64,000 bases of DNA from Catajapyx aquilonaris. Taxonomy: Eukaryota. A program made the position numbers and the translations under genes. The notes under the pieces are model-generated. The model saw only the letters and a list, made by a program, of their open reading frames with translations. It had not been told where the DNA came from and searched no databases. The stretch is taken from positions 1-64,000 of the forward strand of contig KZ538454.1 of the NCBI GenBank assembly GCA_000934665.2, written 5' to 3'. Position 1 is the first letter of the stretch, and every line of letters begins with the position of its first letter. Positions 12,901-25,500 of this stretch are shown here, in pieces.

Positions 12901-14604
12901 TGTGGCGCCTCGTCCCACCTCCCCTTTCCGGACAGACATCCGGAAGTAATTTCCATTCTGCATAGAAAGATGGTACAGTATACCCTTATACAAATAGTTG
13001 GGTACAGTACCCTTAGTTAAATGAAGTAATATGTTAACAAAAATAATAAGCCGTCACACAAACACTTATGGCCATAACTCATTGGCGGTTGAGCTCTATG
13101 GATATCACCAGCACCATGTTGAAGGAGAGCCCCCCATCCATCCTGCTTTTAGTTTGGAGAGTAATCCGAATGAAAGGCGTGATGATTGTCAGGCGATCAC
13201 TTGATAATCTGCGGCAAACGACGCAGGGATTGACCCCCCATGATTGCCAACCGGTGCCCGTGACAAACGCGCCATTTTGCCAACGTGTTAGCGATCGGAG
13301 CAATCGTTTTCCCCCAGCGATAAGAGATATGGAATTATGGGCGAAATTGGCCGTTTGCGTGCGCACTTATCTGATTGATGCGGTCATCAAGGCGAGTGAT
13401 GGGCTTTGGACTGATCACGCGGAGGGGAAAGTCTTAAGATATGCCCAATAAGAACGAGGGAGGGAGTTAGAAAACCGTCAATAAAATTTTGGGAGTGACA
13501 GGGAGACAGGTTCTCTCCCAACCGAATTTTCTTGAGGTCTAAAAGCTCATCATTTTCCATACCTGCTCAATCTGCTATTCATATTGGGACTCGCTTCCAG
13601 ACATCCGATCTTCAATGGGCTTATTTCCCTAGCAAGGTTGTCAGATGTACCTCAAAAATTTTGTTATGGAATTTTTTATGAATTTGCAGTTATTGACTAC
13701 TAGGAGTGTTTTCCACAAAATTGGATTCCTATAAAAATTTCACTCAAAAATGCTTAGCGTATAGGAAGTTTTGAGTGAGCAGACCATGTGGGAGCGCAGT
13801 TTGCAATCAGCGGAGTAGGGATATTAGGGCCCTCCGGTAACGCTATAGGGAGAGGACTTTATTCAGTAATTGTCTTGGCGAGTCTCCTTTCCGTGCTAAC
13901 CAAGCAACCAACCCATTGGAATCTCCACTTGTTTTACACCAGGCCTTAATGCTGCCATTCCTAGGCTTATGCCCTAGCGCTCTTTGACGTTCCTTCCTTC
14001 CTTCCCCTTCCTGCAAACTCCTGCTTCCTTCCGTCTATACGCTTTCCTTCACCATCGTATTATTTATTAATCCAAATTGATTTGACACCACCTTTTAAAA
14101 TATTGAATCGAAAAGTAATGCTCTTAGCGATGTGGCAACGGTGCTACGATTTATTCCAACTTGTGATTCAATCGATTGAGCCGTCTGATCTGAGATAGCG
14201 CCAACCCATTACAGGTCCCAGTAAAAGAATTTGTCAGGTCCAATTTGGTCCGGACAAGTTTGGAATGGCGATGGCAAATGGAAAACGATCGGCGCCTTGT
14301 ACCCCTTGTCGCGGAGAAGAAGACGACGACCAAAGACGCAGAACAGGATTGGAAATAAGGTTGCTGTTCAAGCTGCGATTGGCTGGGGGTAATGTATTAT
14401 TCCTTACTTGCCGCCAATTTAATTACACGCTGACGCAAGTCGAGTTGGCCTAATGGAACGGTTGGAAATCCTGATATTGAAAAGCCCGGACCGACGATAA
14501 GCAAAGATGCTGGCAGCATCGTCGCCTCATGCGTGAATTTCTATTGTGAGGTGGCAGCACATGACAATAATGCCCAAGATGGCGGCCTCCGAGCTTTGGG
14601 AGCC

Positions 14605-14636
14605 AGAGAGGGAGAGAGAGAGAGAGAGAGAGAGAG
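14605..14636. repeat. (GA)n microsatellite
   Basis: Read directly from the sequence; one interruption. Confidence 0.95.
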
Positions 14637-16102
14637 CCTTACAAATTACAATGGCTGTATCGATTCCGCCTGCGCTGCGAGCTAAGAGTATGTGATATAT
14701 GATTGCAAGGCAAATAGTCCTCAGTGCTATATCCCATTGTATGGAGGCTCTAAATCAATTATTCGTAAAGGCTGCGGTATTAATCACAGGTTGGAGGCAA
14801 AGGCCGGGCGCAGATAGGATCGGATTCGTGCGGGACCAACAATGTGTACAGCAGAAACCCAAGTCTTCGGTTGGCTCCAAATCATCCTACACAAATGTGG
14901 ACTGCTTGCTTCTTGCAAAGGTTCAACTTTAAAAAAGGGGGGTCGAATTTTCGTCTTTAAGAAAAAAAAAACACATGTAGACCACTCCCTCACATCTTAA
15001 AAGTTGGCTCCTCTTGAAAAACTGCTATAAAGCGTCGAGATGAGAATTTTTGGGATGGGTGGCTGGACTGGTGGGTGGGCTTCTCCGATGAGCCTCGATG
15101 ACTATCAGTGGTTTAATAAACCATTCTTTTTGATTACGCGAACGAAATGACTGGTCGCTTTTAATTACGGGCATCTATCTTCAGTTGTCGGGGATCCGAC
15201 GTCACATCGATCTTCCTCTGTCAGCTGACGTCACGAACTATGGCTGCGTCCGCAGCAGCAGCCTGTTATTATGGTGTCTCGGAGAGAAATTCGGTGACAG
15301 TCCTTGCGCTCTCTGTTAGGATACCCAACCCCGAGTGATGAAGGAACACCAGGGGTATGACCCACCCACTGTATTTATTCTTCTGCTCATCACTCTCTGA
15401 TGAATGGTACGCCTAGAAAAATTGGTATGCTGCTAAGTCTTCCTGAACAACAGGTTACACGCAGTCGCGTGAGGACCGGTAAATAAGTCATTGCCATGTC
15501 CCAATGAAAGTCTGAACCACACCCATATGCACTTTCACATTGATTTTTTTAAAACAAAAAAGCACCCTGTATTCCTCACCCATACGATTAGGAAAGAGTC
15601 GCAATTTGTGGGTAGCAGCGAAACCAAAAAACCCCTGGTGATGGACCCGGACACCGATCAGCGAGCAATAACTCGGGCTGCCAAACATCCATTTGTGTGC
15701 ATTTTAAAGCCTCAGTCGTGCCAATAGTACTTTGGGCTCCCCCCGATTTTATAGGCCAATAAAGCGAAGGCGAATCGGTTATTTGTAATCCGAGTTGGGA
15801 CCGTCGGATCTTGGGTCCCGTCACTTTGATACCGATTCCGGTGCATGCACCGCATTTATTCCTCGGTCGCTTGCAAATAAAGTTTTGCAGCCAGCAGATG
15901 GGCTGAACAGATTCGGATTATTCCCAAATGCGAAACGACACCTCCACCGAAACTGCTGTTCGATTGGGCAGAACAGCTACCAGGATGCTGTCTGTAATTC
16001 AAATTAATATACCTATTACAGGGAGTAAATTGAATGGAGCCTAGTCGTTACAATATGGGCTGGAGATGGTACAATATGGGCTGAAGCCCGCTGGAGACGG
16101 TA

Positions 16103-16325
16103 CAGTGCTGGACATTAATTCTGACATAATGCTAGCGACATTTTCAGCTGCGGCAGATGTGCAAATCGAATTGATAGCGTGCGAGCCATGCCAGTAAGAA
16201 ATGGTAGGCCTTGGGTGACGTCACCGGCTAGGGACCCCCCCAGCCGATGACGTCTCTTCTGATTTGCACGTCTGTCGCATCGAAAATTGTCGCTAGCAGT
16301 ATGACGCGATTAATGCCCAACACTG
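16103..16325. mobile_element. Tc1/mariner-type MITE (223 bp)
   Basis: TA|CAGTGCTGGACATTAAT...ATTAATGCCCAACACTG|TA. The imperfect TIRs run about 65 bp at roughly 80% identity by eye, with a TA TSD. Confidence 0.85.
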
Positions 16326-17867
16326 TACAATATTAGAACCTTTAATATGGGTGCGATGTAGCATTAGGTGCGAACGGTACAAAAAGGGGCAAGTGACTTA
16401 TTCCGGGTATATAATCTCCAGGGTGGATTAATTAACATTGATCAATCTTGGAGACGAGCATCTTTTTAAGGCGTTTGACAAGTTGGCTCTTTGGAAATCA
16501 AGCGCCGTGGCCTCCGCAGAATCTAATAACAAGTTCAACACGGAACAATGTGCCGAATCTCCTATTTGCAAATCACAGACCGCAACCTCTCGTGAGAAGC
16601 TATTGAAGACGCCACTCCGATAGAATCCGGTAATTATTTAATGCATAAAGTTATGACATTTGCAAAGGATGTAGGAGAAGTCGAGAGGAATCCTCGCTCT
16701 CAAAGCATCCAATGGAACCTTTCTCGCTGCTTCTGGCTGACTCTGTCTCTACTACTCTGTTGGGTTGTGTGTGCCATAATTGATCGGAGGCGACCCTTTC
16801 GAGAACCCCTCTCGACATCACGCAGTATGTGAATATGGGCATTCTGGACGCGCTTCGGCCTGGTAAGTCCCGCACTTGTGGGATTTATGTACTCATTTCA
16901 ACATACGTATGCCAATTGCCGGTTACTTGAGGCGTATTGACCCAGGTCGTACTGTACACTGGACGTAACGTTGGTTGGCAGTGGTGTGATATCGGGGGGG
17001 TCCGTGGCGATAGATGCGTGCTGGTGCCTTCCGCAGGCAATTAGATGGAGCTGAGACCCCCTAATTTTGGTAACGCCCCTCGTAAACGTCTCCATCAAAG
17101 AGCCGGGTCCAAGTGATAACAGGTTCCATACATACACTACTAGCTTTCCCCCTTGCAGCTCGCGTGTGTGTCCGTGCCTCTGGTTATGGGCCTTCCCAAT
17201 TTTTTTGGTATGCCGTGTACAGGGCTTACCTGTCAGCTTACCTGATGACGGATGAGGTGTTGGCCCTACCTACCCTATAACCCGCATCTTAGCCCAAATA
17301 TTGGTGTCTGCGGTTCCATCCCTAGCAGACCTTGCAAGTGCGTGACAAGAGGGCATCTAGCATGCAGTCGATTGCAGTCCACTTGGCTGTAATTCCAGCA
17401 TCGAAAGCAAAGGGCGTGTCCGTGGGGGCCAAACGATGCCTTTTTTTCCACCTAACAATCGGTGGGACGCATGTTTGTCATGTCGCGACCCACTCGTGGC
17501 TCCATTGATCTATTGCATCGATTGGCCCTCACCAACTCACTTTCAACCACTTCTGCGGTACAAAAAGGGGTAGCGTGTGTGACCTGTAGGATGACCGGGC
17601 GGTACATAATGTATGTAGAATGTGACGTCGCCAAATTGTTAAGAAGGGGTAGGGTGTTTATGTAAATAATGAATGGAACATTTAGCCAAGTGAGTAATGT
17701 GGAAAGGACAAGTGACGTCCAAATGTGAGGAGCTGGCCAGGTTGGTTTATGGCAGCCAGTGGCATTTAGGAGGCGTAATTATGAGAAAAGGTGGCATGTA
17801 AGGAGAGTGCCCCCATCAGAATGTGGACAGGCGTGTGTCCGGAGAAGACAGGCACAGTGGCAGGCAC

Positions 17868-17994
17868 GAGCAAGCCCGAGCAAGCCCGAGCAAGCCCGAC
17901 CAGCCCCGACCAGCCCCGACCAAGCCCCGACCAAGCCCCGAGCAGCCCCGAGCAGCCCCGAGCAGCCCCGAGCAGCCCCGAGCAGCCCCGAGCA
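17868..17994. repeat. 10-bp GC-rich minisatellite
   Basis: GAGCAAGCCC / GACCAGCCCC / GAGCAGCCCC tandem units. Confidence 0.96.
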
Positions 17995-20622
17995 GGCTCC
18001 GATGAATGAGCCGTTACATTCCCGTTACATGCCAACAAAAGGCGCGAGTCGTCATTAGAAGCGAGTATATGATAATCGGGCGTGCAAGAAAGAGGTGGTG
18101 GGGATATATAGGGTATGATGAGGAGGCAGTTGAGCAGCAGTAGCATGGCAGCAGCAGTCTGTGCAAGCTGCTGGGCCGTCCAATAAGGCCGTCTCTGTGG
18201 AGCTCGCACAAACGCCTGTGCGACAGAGAAGCCCACATTCCCGCCATTCAATTCCAGTTGAGCGGATATTATTTTAGAGGCTTTTCGCTTCAAAGGATTC
18301 GGTCTGTTTCTGAAGGGAATGAAAACACTCTTAATCAATAGTAATCAAATCTATTGATAAGGCTTCGGTTGCCGCGGCAACGGACCAGGCGTGACAACAT
18401 AAATACAAATTAACGGGTGGGAATGGAAGTGGGGCGCCTCTGCAGTTTCTATGGGGATCAAAGCGGGGCTTTTCGCCGAGGGGATTTTTGTCTCTTGCGA
18501 TTAGTTAGTTGGGGGTTTTGGGTTGATGGAGGGAAAGGGAAAAGGGTTGCCAGCGTGTGTCTTGGATGTGGATGACATTACTTTCTTTAGCTTAAAAATT
18601 TTGAGGACATTTGACTGTTGCGGTGACGTCAATAGGTGGAAATTCTCAAAGGATGGGCGCTGAGCTTTTGCTTCCTTGCCAATGCCAGGCCACGCCTTTG
18701 ACTCTCCCTCCCTCCCTCCTTCCCTCTCCTTCCTTCCCTCAACTCCTCCAAACTCCAGCCCCTTCCTCCTCTTCCAAGTGAATAGCTTTGTATTGCCCGT
18801 TCCCCCGTATCAACAAATGCATTGATGACTTAATTTGGCGTTGCCTAGGAGACCGAGTGGGGGGTTTTCAATATGTATCCGTCGAATGAATATTCATGAG
18901 TTATTATACGTGAAAGCTTTTGGAAACTTTGGAAGTCAATCTTGGGGACATCGATGGAATGCTTGGCGTAATTCTGGATCCCCCGTCGGGACCTGGAGGG
19001 AGGAAAGGAGCAAGATGACGTCACGTCTTGGGCTTATAGAGTGTGGCATTATATAGCTCGACACCTGATTTTTTTTTTGGGAGAAAATATTTTCACGGGA
19101 AAAAGAGCAGTCAGCGGTTCAAGCTGGGAAGGCAGTGGAATGCTTGGAATGAGACGATTGGGGTCTTGCTTTCTCACTCAATTAGATCAGATCGATCGAG
19201 AGAGGGAAACTGGAATTGGTGCGGATGCTAATGATCCATTGTTTGTCTTCCTTTTAAATATTGTTTCAAGCCCTCTTCTTCAGCATCTTCCCATTTTTTG
19301 ATATATATTTCCCCGTCCCAATATTTTTTCAAGAGACATTGGCGACATATGTCGAGGCCAAATCCTCTGGATTCCCCGAGGGAGCCTCATCAATGCCTCC
19401 TAACAAGACCAACAGAAGCCTGAAGAATCGATAGGCAAACTTCTTGGCCTCGACAAAAGCAAGTTGGATTTGGAAGGAGGGAGGGCCTCGATGGAGTTGG
19501 AGGGGGCTCCGGTGTATAATTCGGAAATCTTTCATGCTTTCATGGACTGCTGCAAAGTGATCGGGAAGGAGGGAGGGAGATTTATGGAGACCTTGGCGAA
19601 GAAGATTCTCAGGTCGTCACTTGCCGGAGGATTTTGGAGGCTTTGTCTGACACCCCTACCGAGCTTGACTTCTGACCACAACACGCCCATTTTTCATGCC
19701 TATGCATTGACTTTGTGGCCAATTAGCTAATTGGAAAAGACGATGGCCCTTGGCGGGATCCTCTCGTGCATATGTGGAACATGATAAGGGGCACGAAAGA
19801 CTCGCCTTCATAACCACTGCCAGACCCAGACCACAACTCATAGACCACCCGCTTCTTCTTCCCGCGCCCATAATGGAACATGGCAAATTGATAAATACTT
19901 CCTCTCAGCTGCAAAGAGCCTTTGGGACCCAGAAACCCGGGGGCACAGTCACGAACCTTCCCATCCAGTCCACGAGGCTTATAAAATATATTTTTTTGTG
20001 ACATTATGAAAATTTGTGGGTTTCTGCCAATATGGGATCGATTGTGTCTTGGGAGGACCAGCAAATAAGCGGGGGAAGTCCCCACCCTCTCGTTCCTCGC
20101 CCTTTATAATCCCCCCCATCATGTGCAAAGTAGTAATCTTAGGGACCGATTTCCACCTGCGGGCTGTTCCCAAAGGATTTTCACCACATCTTTGATGCAC
20201 CGCCGAGGAAGGTCTCCGTTTTCCGGTTATCGGATGCCTTCAGTGATAATGAAAATCCCTTCCTCTCCCCTCTCTCCCAACCTCCCCAACTCCCACATCC
20301 TCCTCCCTACCATCCCTTTTGAGCTACGGTAAATATGCGCAGCTTTGACTTGGATTTCCGAGGTGGCTTTTGGCAGATTTGAGATATTTCATCTGCAGCC
20401 TGTTTACATTATTTTGCCGGCATCAAAGCTGAGGAGGCCTCCATTAATTGCATTAAGCTACATTAATTAATGGTGGTTTCATCGAAGGGATAAGACTGGG
20501 TGGCGCTCAAACCTGTACGTTTACAACGTGATCCTCCTATGAGCCAGCATGCCATTATCACCACTACGGTTAAATTTTCAAGTCCCACCTATGACGTCAT
20601 TGAATTGGAGAAGCGCTCCATA

Positions 20623-20845
20623 CCGCCTTAGTTTCTCGCAACCCGCCTTAGTTTCTCGCACTGTTCTCGCAAACCTCCTTAGTTTCTCGCACCCCGCCTT
20701 ATAGTTTCTCGCAACCCTCCTTAGTTTCTCGCACCCCGCCTTAGTTTCTCGCACTGTTCTAGCAACCCTCCTTAGTTTTCTCGCACCCCGCCTTAGTTTC
20801 TCGCACTGTTCTAGCAACCCTCCTTAGTTTCTCGCACCCCGCCTT
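20623..20845. repeat. Minisatellite with 20-21-bp units, some extended by a 10-bp subunit
   Basis: CC(G/T)CCTTAGTTTCTCGCA(A/C)C repeated about 9 times, some followed by CTGTTCT(C/A)GCA. Confidence 0.95.
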
Positions 20846-22067
20846 GCTGTTGAGGTAGGGTATGACCGTGGGTGTGACATATATGTGCACATATATGTTT
20901 ACTTATTATAGGGGTCGAATAGTGTTGGGACAAAAAGTGTTTGGAACACTTGCCTCATTCCCCCTCCCCAATACCACCCTTCCTTCAATCCGTGGTGGTG
21001 GGCGCCCATAACTCCCGAGGCGCAAAAGGAGGATGGCAGAAACAGAGGCTTGTGAGAGAGAAGCCGTAACGGAAGAAAGGGTCGATGGGCGCTCTGCTCC
21101 ATCCCCAATACCGTGGCGGCGGTATATATAGTATATACGTATATAGTCCTTTCTCAAAATCTCCCCCCCCCCTTACTCCCTACCTCCCCCTCTTACTACA
21201 CCACCCAAGAGGCTCAAGGCGAAAATCCATCGAAGAAGGAAACCATTTGAAAGCTGGCAGGCCCTTTGCGCTCCTCCTTCTTCTTCTCTTTTTCCCTTCC
21301 TCCTCTTCAATACTAATTACCACGTCCCTGTTTATCTCCGTTTTATGACGACATTTTTACATCTAAATCATTGCATTCCGCTAGGTTGGCTTATTTATAA
21401 TGCAGGCCCTTAATGAATTCTTGGGAGCCGAGGCAGATCAAAGACAGGGGGGAGGTTGAAATTAACGTTTGCGGCGCCCAAATCTTGGCAATCAATTATT
21501 GCTTTCTTTGCTGCAGCAAGAGCAGGGCGAAGAGGGTCTGGAGGGGGTGGGGAGGAGGAGGAAGAGGCTGGTTTGCGATGCCATGGATGCTCCTCCATTG
21601 TCTGTCTGTCTGCTTGCTTGCTTGCCTGCCTTCAGTCGGAAAAGTCTTTTAGGAGAAGGCAAGAGAAGGAGGGAATTCGGTCCAAGGAACGTACGCTACT
21701 TGTAGGAACAGAGGCCAACAATAGGGCTATATGATCGTGTTTGAACTTATTGGAAGGGGCCATATGCTGGGCTATGGTTGTCTGAAGGGTTCTAACTTAA
21801 TGAATTTTTTGCACTTTAAGATGAGAACATATTTGCAGTCTACAAATTGTCCTTGACGAAAGTAGTTCTCACGAGTGCAATGGACCAAAAAAGATAAGAA
21901 ATTACAACTTAATATGTTTCTAGGCAAGGTAAACCGGTTTTATATGTTACAAAAAGTTCTGGGTGTTTTTTTTTACTGTAAAGTAACTTTTTTGTGAGAG
22001 AAACAACCCTACAGACGATAGACTAGTGTGAATCACACTTTCGTTGCATTGAATAGACTGAAATATA

Positions 22068-22152
22068 CAGGGTGTTCCAAATTTGTAGGTCGTTTTTATA
22101 ACTACTATCGGGCGATATTAGTTATATAAAACGACCCACGAATTTGGATATC
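22068..22152. mobile_element. Short decayed mariner-like palindromic MITE
   Basis: Starts TA|CAGGGTGTTCCAAATT. tccaaatttgtaggtcgtttttataacta pairs with tagttatataaaacgacccacgaatttgga. The right terminus is degraded. Confidence 0.65.
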
Positions 22153-22537
22153 AACAATGAAGCTCATTAGCTCAAATGATTACCCCTTAGGTGCATTTTT
22201 TTCCTCCTAGAAAAGTACCATCCCCCACTATTGTTGACTCTCCAACCACAGAAAAGCTTTGCCACCATTTGCGTGATAATTAGACCTAATCGTGATCCCC
22301 AAATGTTTGCAACTCCTCATAGTAGGATCCTTTTGATGCTCACAAAAAAATCGACCGAATGGTCTGAGGGGGATTCATCCCATCCTTTCAATTTGCCTTC
22401 CTTCTCGGAGCACATTATGTCCCCGGAGCCATCGCAATCTGGTCTTCCCAATCCCAGAGACCCCTACAGAGATCACAAAGAACACAGGAAGACATTACTC
22501 AAGGGTTGACACGCTGTAAAGAAGCAGGGAGAGCAAA

Positions 22538-22591
22538 AGAGAGAGAGGGAAAGAGGGAGAGAGAGAGAAAAAAAGAGAGAGAGAGAGAGAG
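22538..22591. repeat. Interrupted (GA)n tract
   Basis: Read directly from the sequence. Confidence 0.9.
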
Positions 22592-25500
22592 GGTGCCAAG
22601 TATAACCCCTCCTCTTCTGCATTGATTTATAAGGCTTGATTCACTATTGGATTATTGAGAGCGCAGCCAAGACTTTAATAAGGAACACTTGCGAGCCCTA
22701 TTTATAGATCCCCGAGGTATTGTGATCCTATCAGGGTTGGTGGGGACGGGCATTGAAATTCGGAGAGCTCTCTTTCCCGCTGGAGGAGGCAGGTCTGCCA
22801 ACCGTAGAGAAAAACTCCTTAGGGAAAATTCCCATATCCCCAAACATTACCCCCTGGAACATACTTGTATAACCAAAAAGTTCGCCCAATTTTTTCGTAG
22901 AAAACTACAAAAAAAAAAAAATGGAAGCCGCTTCCGGTTGACAAAACCTGATCGGGTTCCAGGAACTCAGGGGCTTATAGAGTTGGCTTATCTTCCTCGA
23001 AGATTGGCCGGGACGTAAATTTAGCTCGTGCGCTATATTTAAGTTTGGCAGCAGGAAGATCTATCAGGAGCTGGCTTGCCCGATTCCATCCCGCAAAACA
23101 TGGAGTGGACTCGGTGCCAGGGAATCGGGTTTAAAAATGGACCGAAAGATCAAGGATTGGCCGACAGGTGCCGCCAGTGGTCATAGTAGAGCGCGGGTGG
23201 TTCAAATTTAGACCATTGATTGTGCCTATTAGTTGAAATAGCTGGTGTCTATTAGGGCTGACATCACAAAGATGGATGTTACACGTGTAGGCGTACAGGT
23301 TGTGGAGGATGTCGACCTCTTTTTCTGAGACCTATTACTCGGGCCATTGCCAGCGTTGATTTCCAAGAGTTGAGAGTAGGATCGGGGTGGCTGCCACTGC
23401 GCCTGATATTTATTAGTTATTCGTGGCAGATGACTTGGGCGGATTTAAATATAGAATTGTCGGAGGGGAAGCGAACCCTTTGGCTGCTGCGAGTGACTTG
23501 CCGTCGCGAGGGACGGAAGTCAGATAAAAGATTCATCGGCTGCACGTAAGGACTGCTGGATGCTGCTTGTTTCCACGCAAAAACCAGCAAGGATTTCCCT
23601 TTTCCATTCCCCCCCTTCTGGATGGTCCCCTCTTTCCCCCCTCTCCCCTCCATCGCACACACATACACGCATGCAAAGTTTATGCGGAAAACTGCCTCAT
23701 TTCATAGGGAAACGATGTGAGTATTTCCTGGCGCAGAGAATCTCCCCAATCCCTGCGAATTACCTGCTTTAACAGGATAAACTGTCAGTCCAAACTTGCG
23801 ACATCTATTTCATTATAAAGGACTCTTTCGGATGCAAATGAATGTGAGCAGATTTCTTCCGGACGAGATCAACTCGGACTGGCTCCTGGTGTAATTTTTA
23901 TGCCGTTGCGGTAGGGAGTAAATGCAGTAGCAGCAAGCTACGAATGGGAAAGTTGGAAGGTAGACTGATGGCCCCAAGGGGAGGACCTGGCTGCATCAGC
24001 GATACACCGACCTGCAACCAGCTAATTATGACAACTTGGCTGGACAGGTCTTAGGCGTCGGTTGGCAGCCATGTTGCTCAAGCACACTGTATATTACTAC
24101 ACAACATTCGTTCATAAAATCCCTGCTCTGTATTACGTGACACTAAGTGCTTGGTGGTAAGGACCTGCGCAGATTCGCAATGTCTGTGGCTATACAGGTC
24201 ACTAAACGCAATAATGCGGGAGGTAAATAAATTTATGCAATTAATGTGAATAAATACACTGATTATTCACTCAGTAAGGTGAATAAAATGCATTTCAGTG
24301 TATGTTGACCATGCTGACAGTGAAATATTTTATTAAGTGAACTGTATAGTCAAGCACAGCAGATATGGAGTGCAGGTCCTTACCAGCAAAGGATGCGTGT
24401 ATTGATAAACAAAACGGGTTTTCCATTTGGCCTGGCGGATTTTCAAAAGGAAAATTGGTCGTTGGACGGACAGAGACGGACGGCTGGGAAGGGGAGATAC
24501 AAGCATGGTGTACATACATAGGGGCAGACGAATTCCCCGATACTTCTTTGCCAGCGATGAGAGTTGGGGCCTGGCTTTTTGGCCGTCCTCTCTTGCTTGC
24601 TTGCTCCGATCGGAATGCTTTTGGGAGGAGCGAGAGCGGATTGGAGATTCCAGCATTGACAGCGCGCTTTGTCCTGAGTGGCAGTCGCATGCCAACCTCT
24701 TTCAGGGTGGGGAGAGGCGGATAGGGAGGGAGGGAGCCCCCCCCCCCTTTCTCTCTCTGGATTTGCATCGGATCGCCCAGCAGCCTCGACTCCACTCCAA
24801 GGAAGGAAGGAAACAGCGGATATGCAACATACACACGATATATCCAGTGTTTCGGAGGGGCAATCTTCCCTCTTTGAGAAGGGCGTTTCTCGTCAACTCG
24901 TCGACATCTGTCTGTCACACCCCTCCTCCGCCTCCCTAGCCCATTCCTTCCCCTTTATCTCCCTCCTTGTGTCTTTAAGGGGCGCCTCTCTGAAAGCTGT
25001 AAGTCATTAAGACGATCCCGTCTGGCGCGGCGTAATTCCTTACCTCCTCCTCCCCCCGCGGAGTTTAAAATTGAACCATAAAATCCAGCCCTGCCTTGGT
25101 AATTAATTTGACCGAGGGTCCTGAAGGAGGAGAGTGGGTGGGTGGGGGCGTTATTGTGAAGAGGAAGAAAGGTGCGATGGGCACGTCATTGTCTGCGCCA
25201 GATTGGCAGATCAGCTAAGCGGAATGAAGGATCTTTGGGCCAACTTCCCTCACATGATCCGTCGACACCGCTCCGTGTTGGTTTAGTTCTAGCTGTGTGT
25301 TCACATTAGCCGAGTTTTCGTCGAGAGCATTCGTCTTGGTGATGAGTGAACCGGGAGGACGAGCCAAGAGTATGGGGAGAGTCACCTCCCGGCTGATTAC
25401 ACACTTGATGAGTAGTGTGCGAGATGGCGATCAGTTGGACGGAAGACGGAGGACGTCACCGATCCTTTTTGCTCATTAGTTGGCGGGCACTTGGAGTGAC

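Noticed and set aside
15335..15400. C/D box snoRNA candidate (GTGATGA...CTGA)
   Set aside because: No terminal stem, the would-be guide pairs with its own C box, and I recognise no rRNA target.
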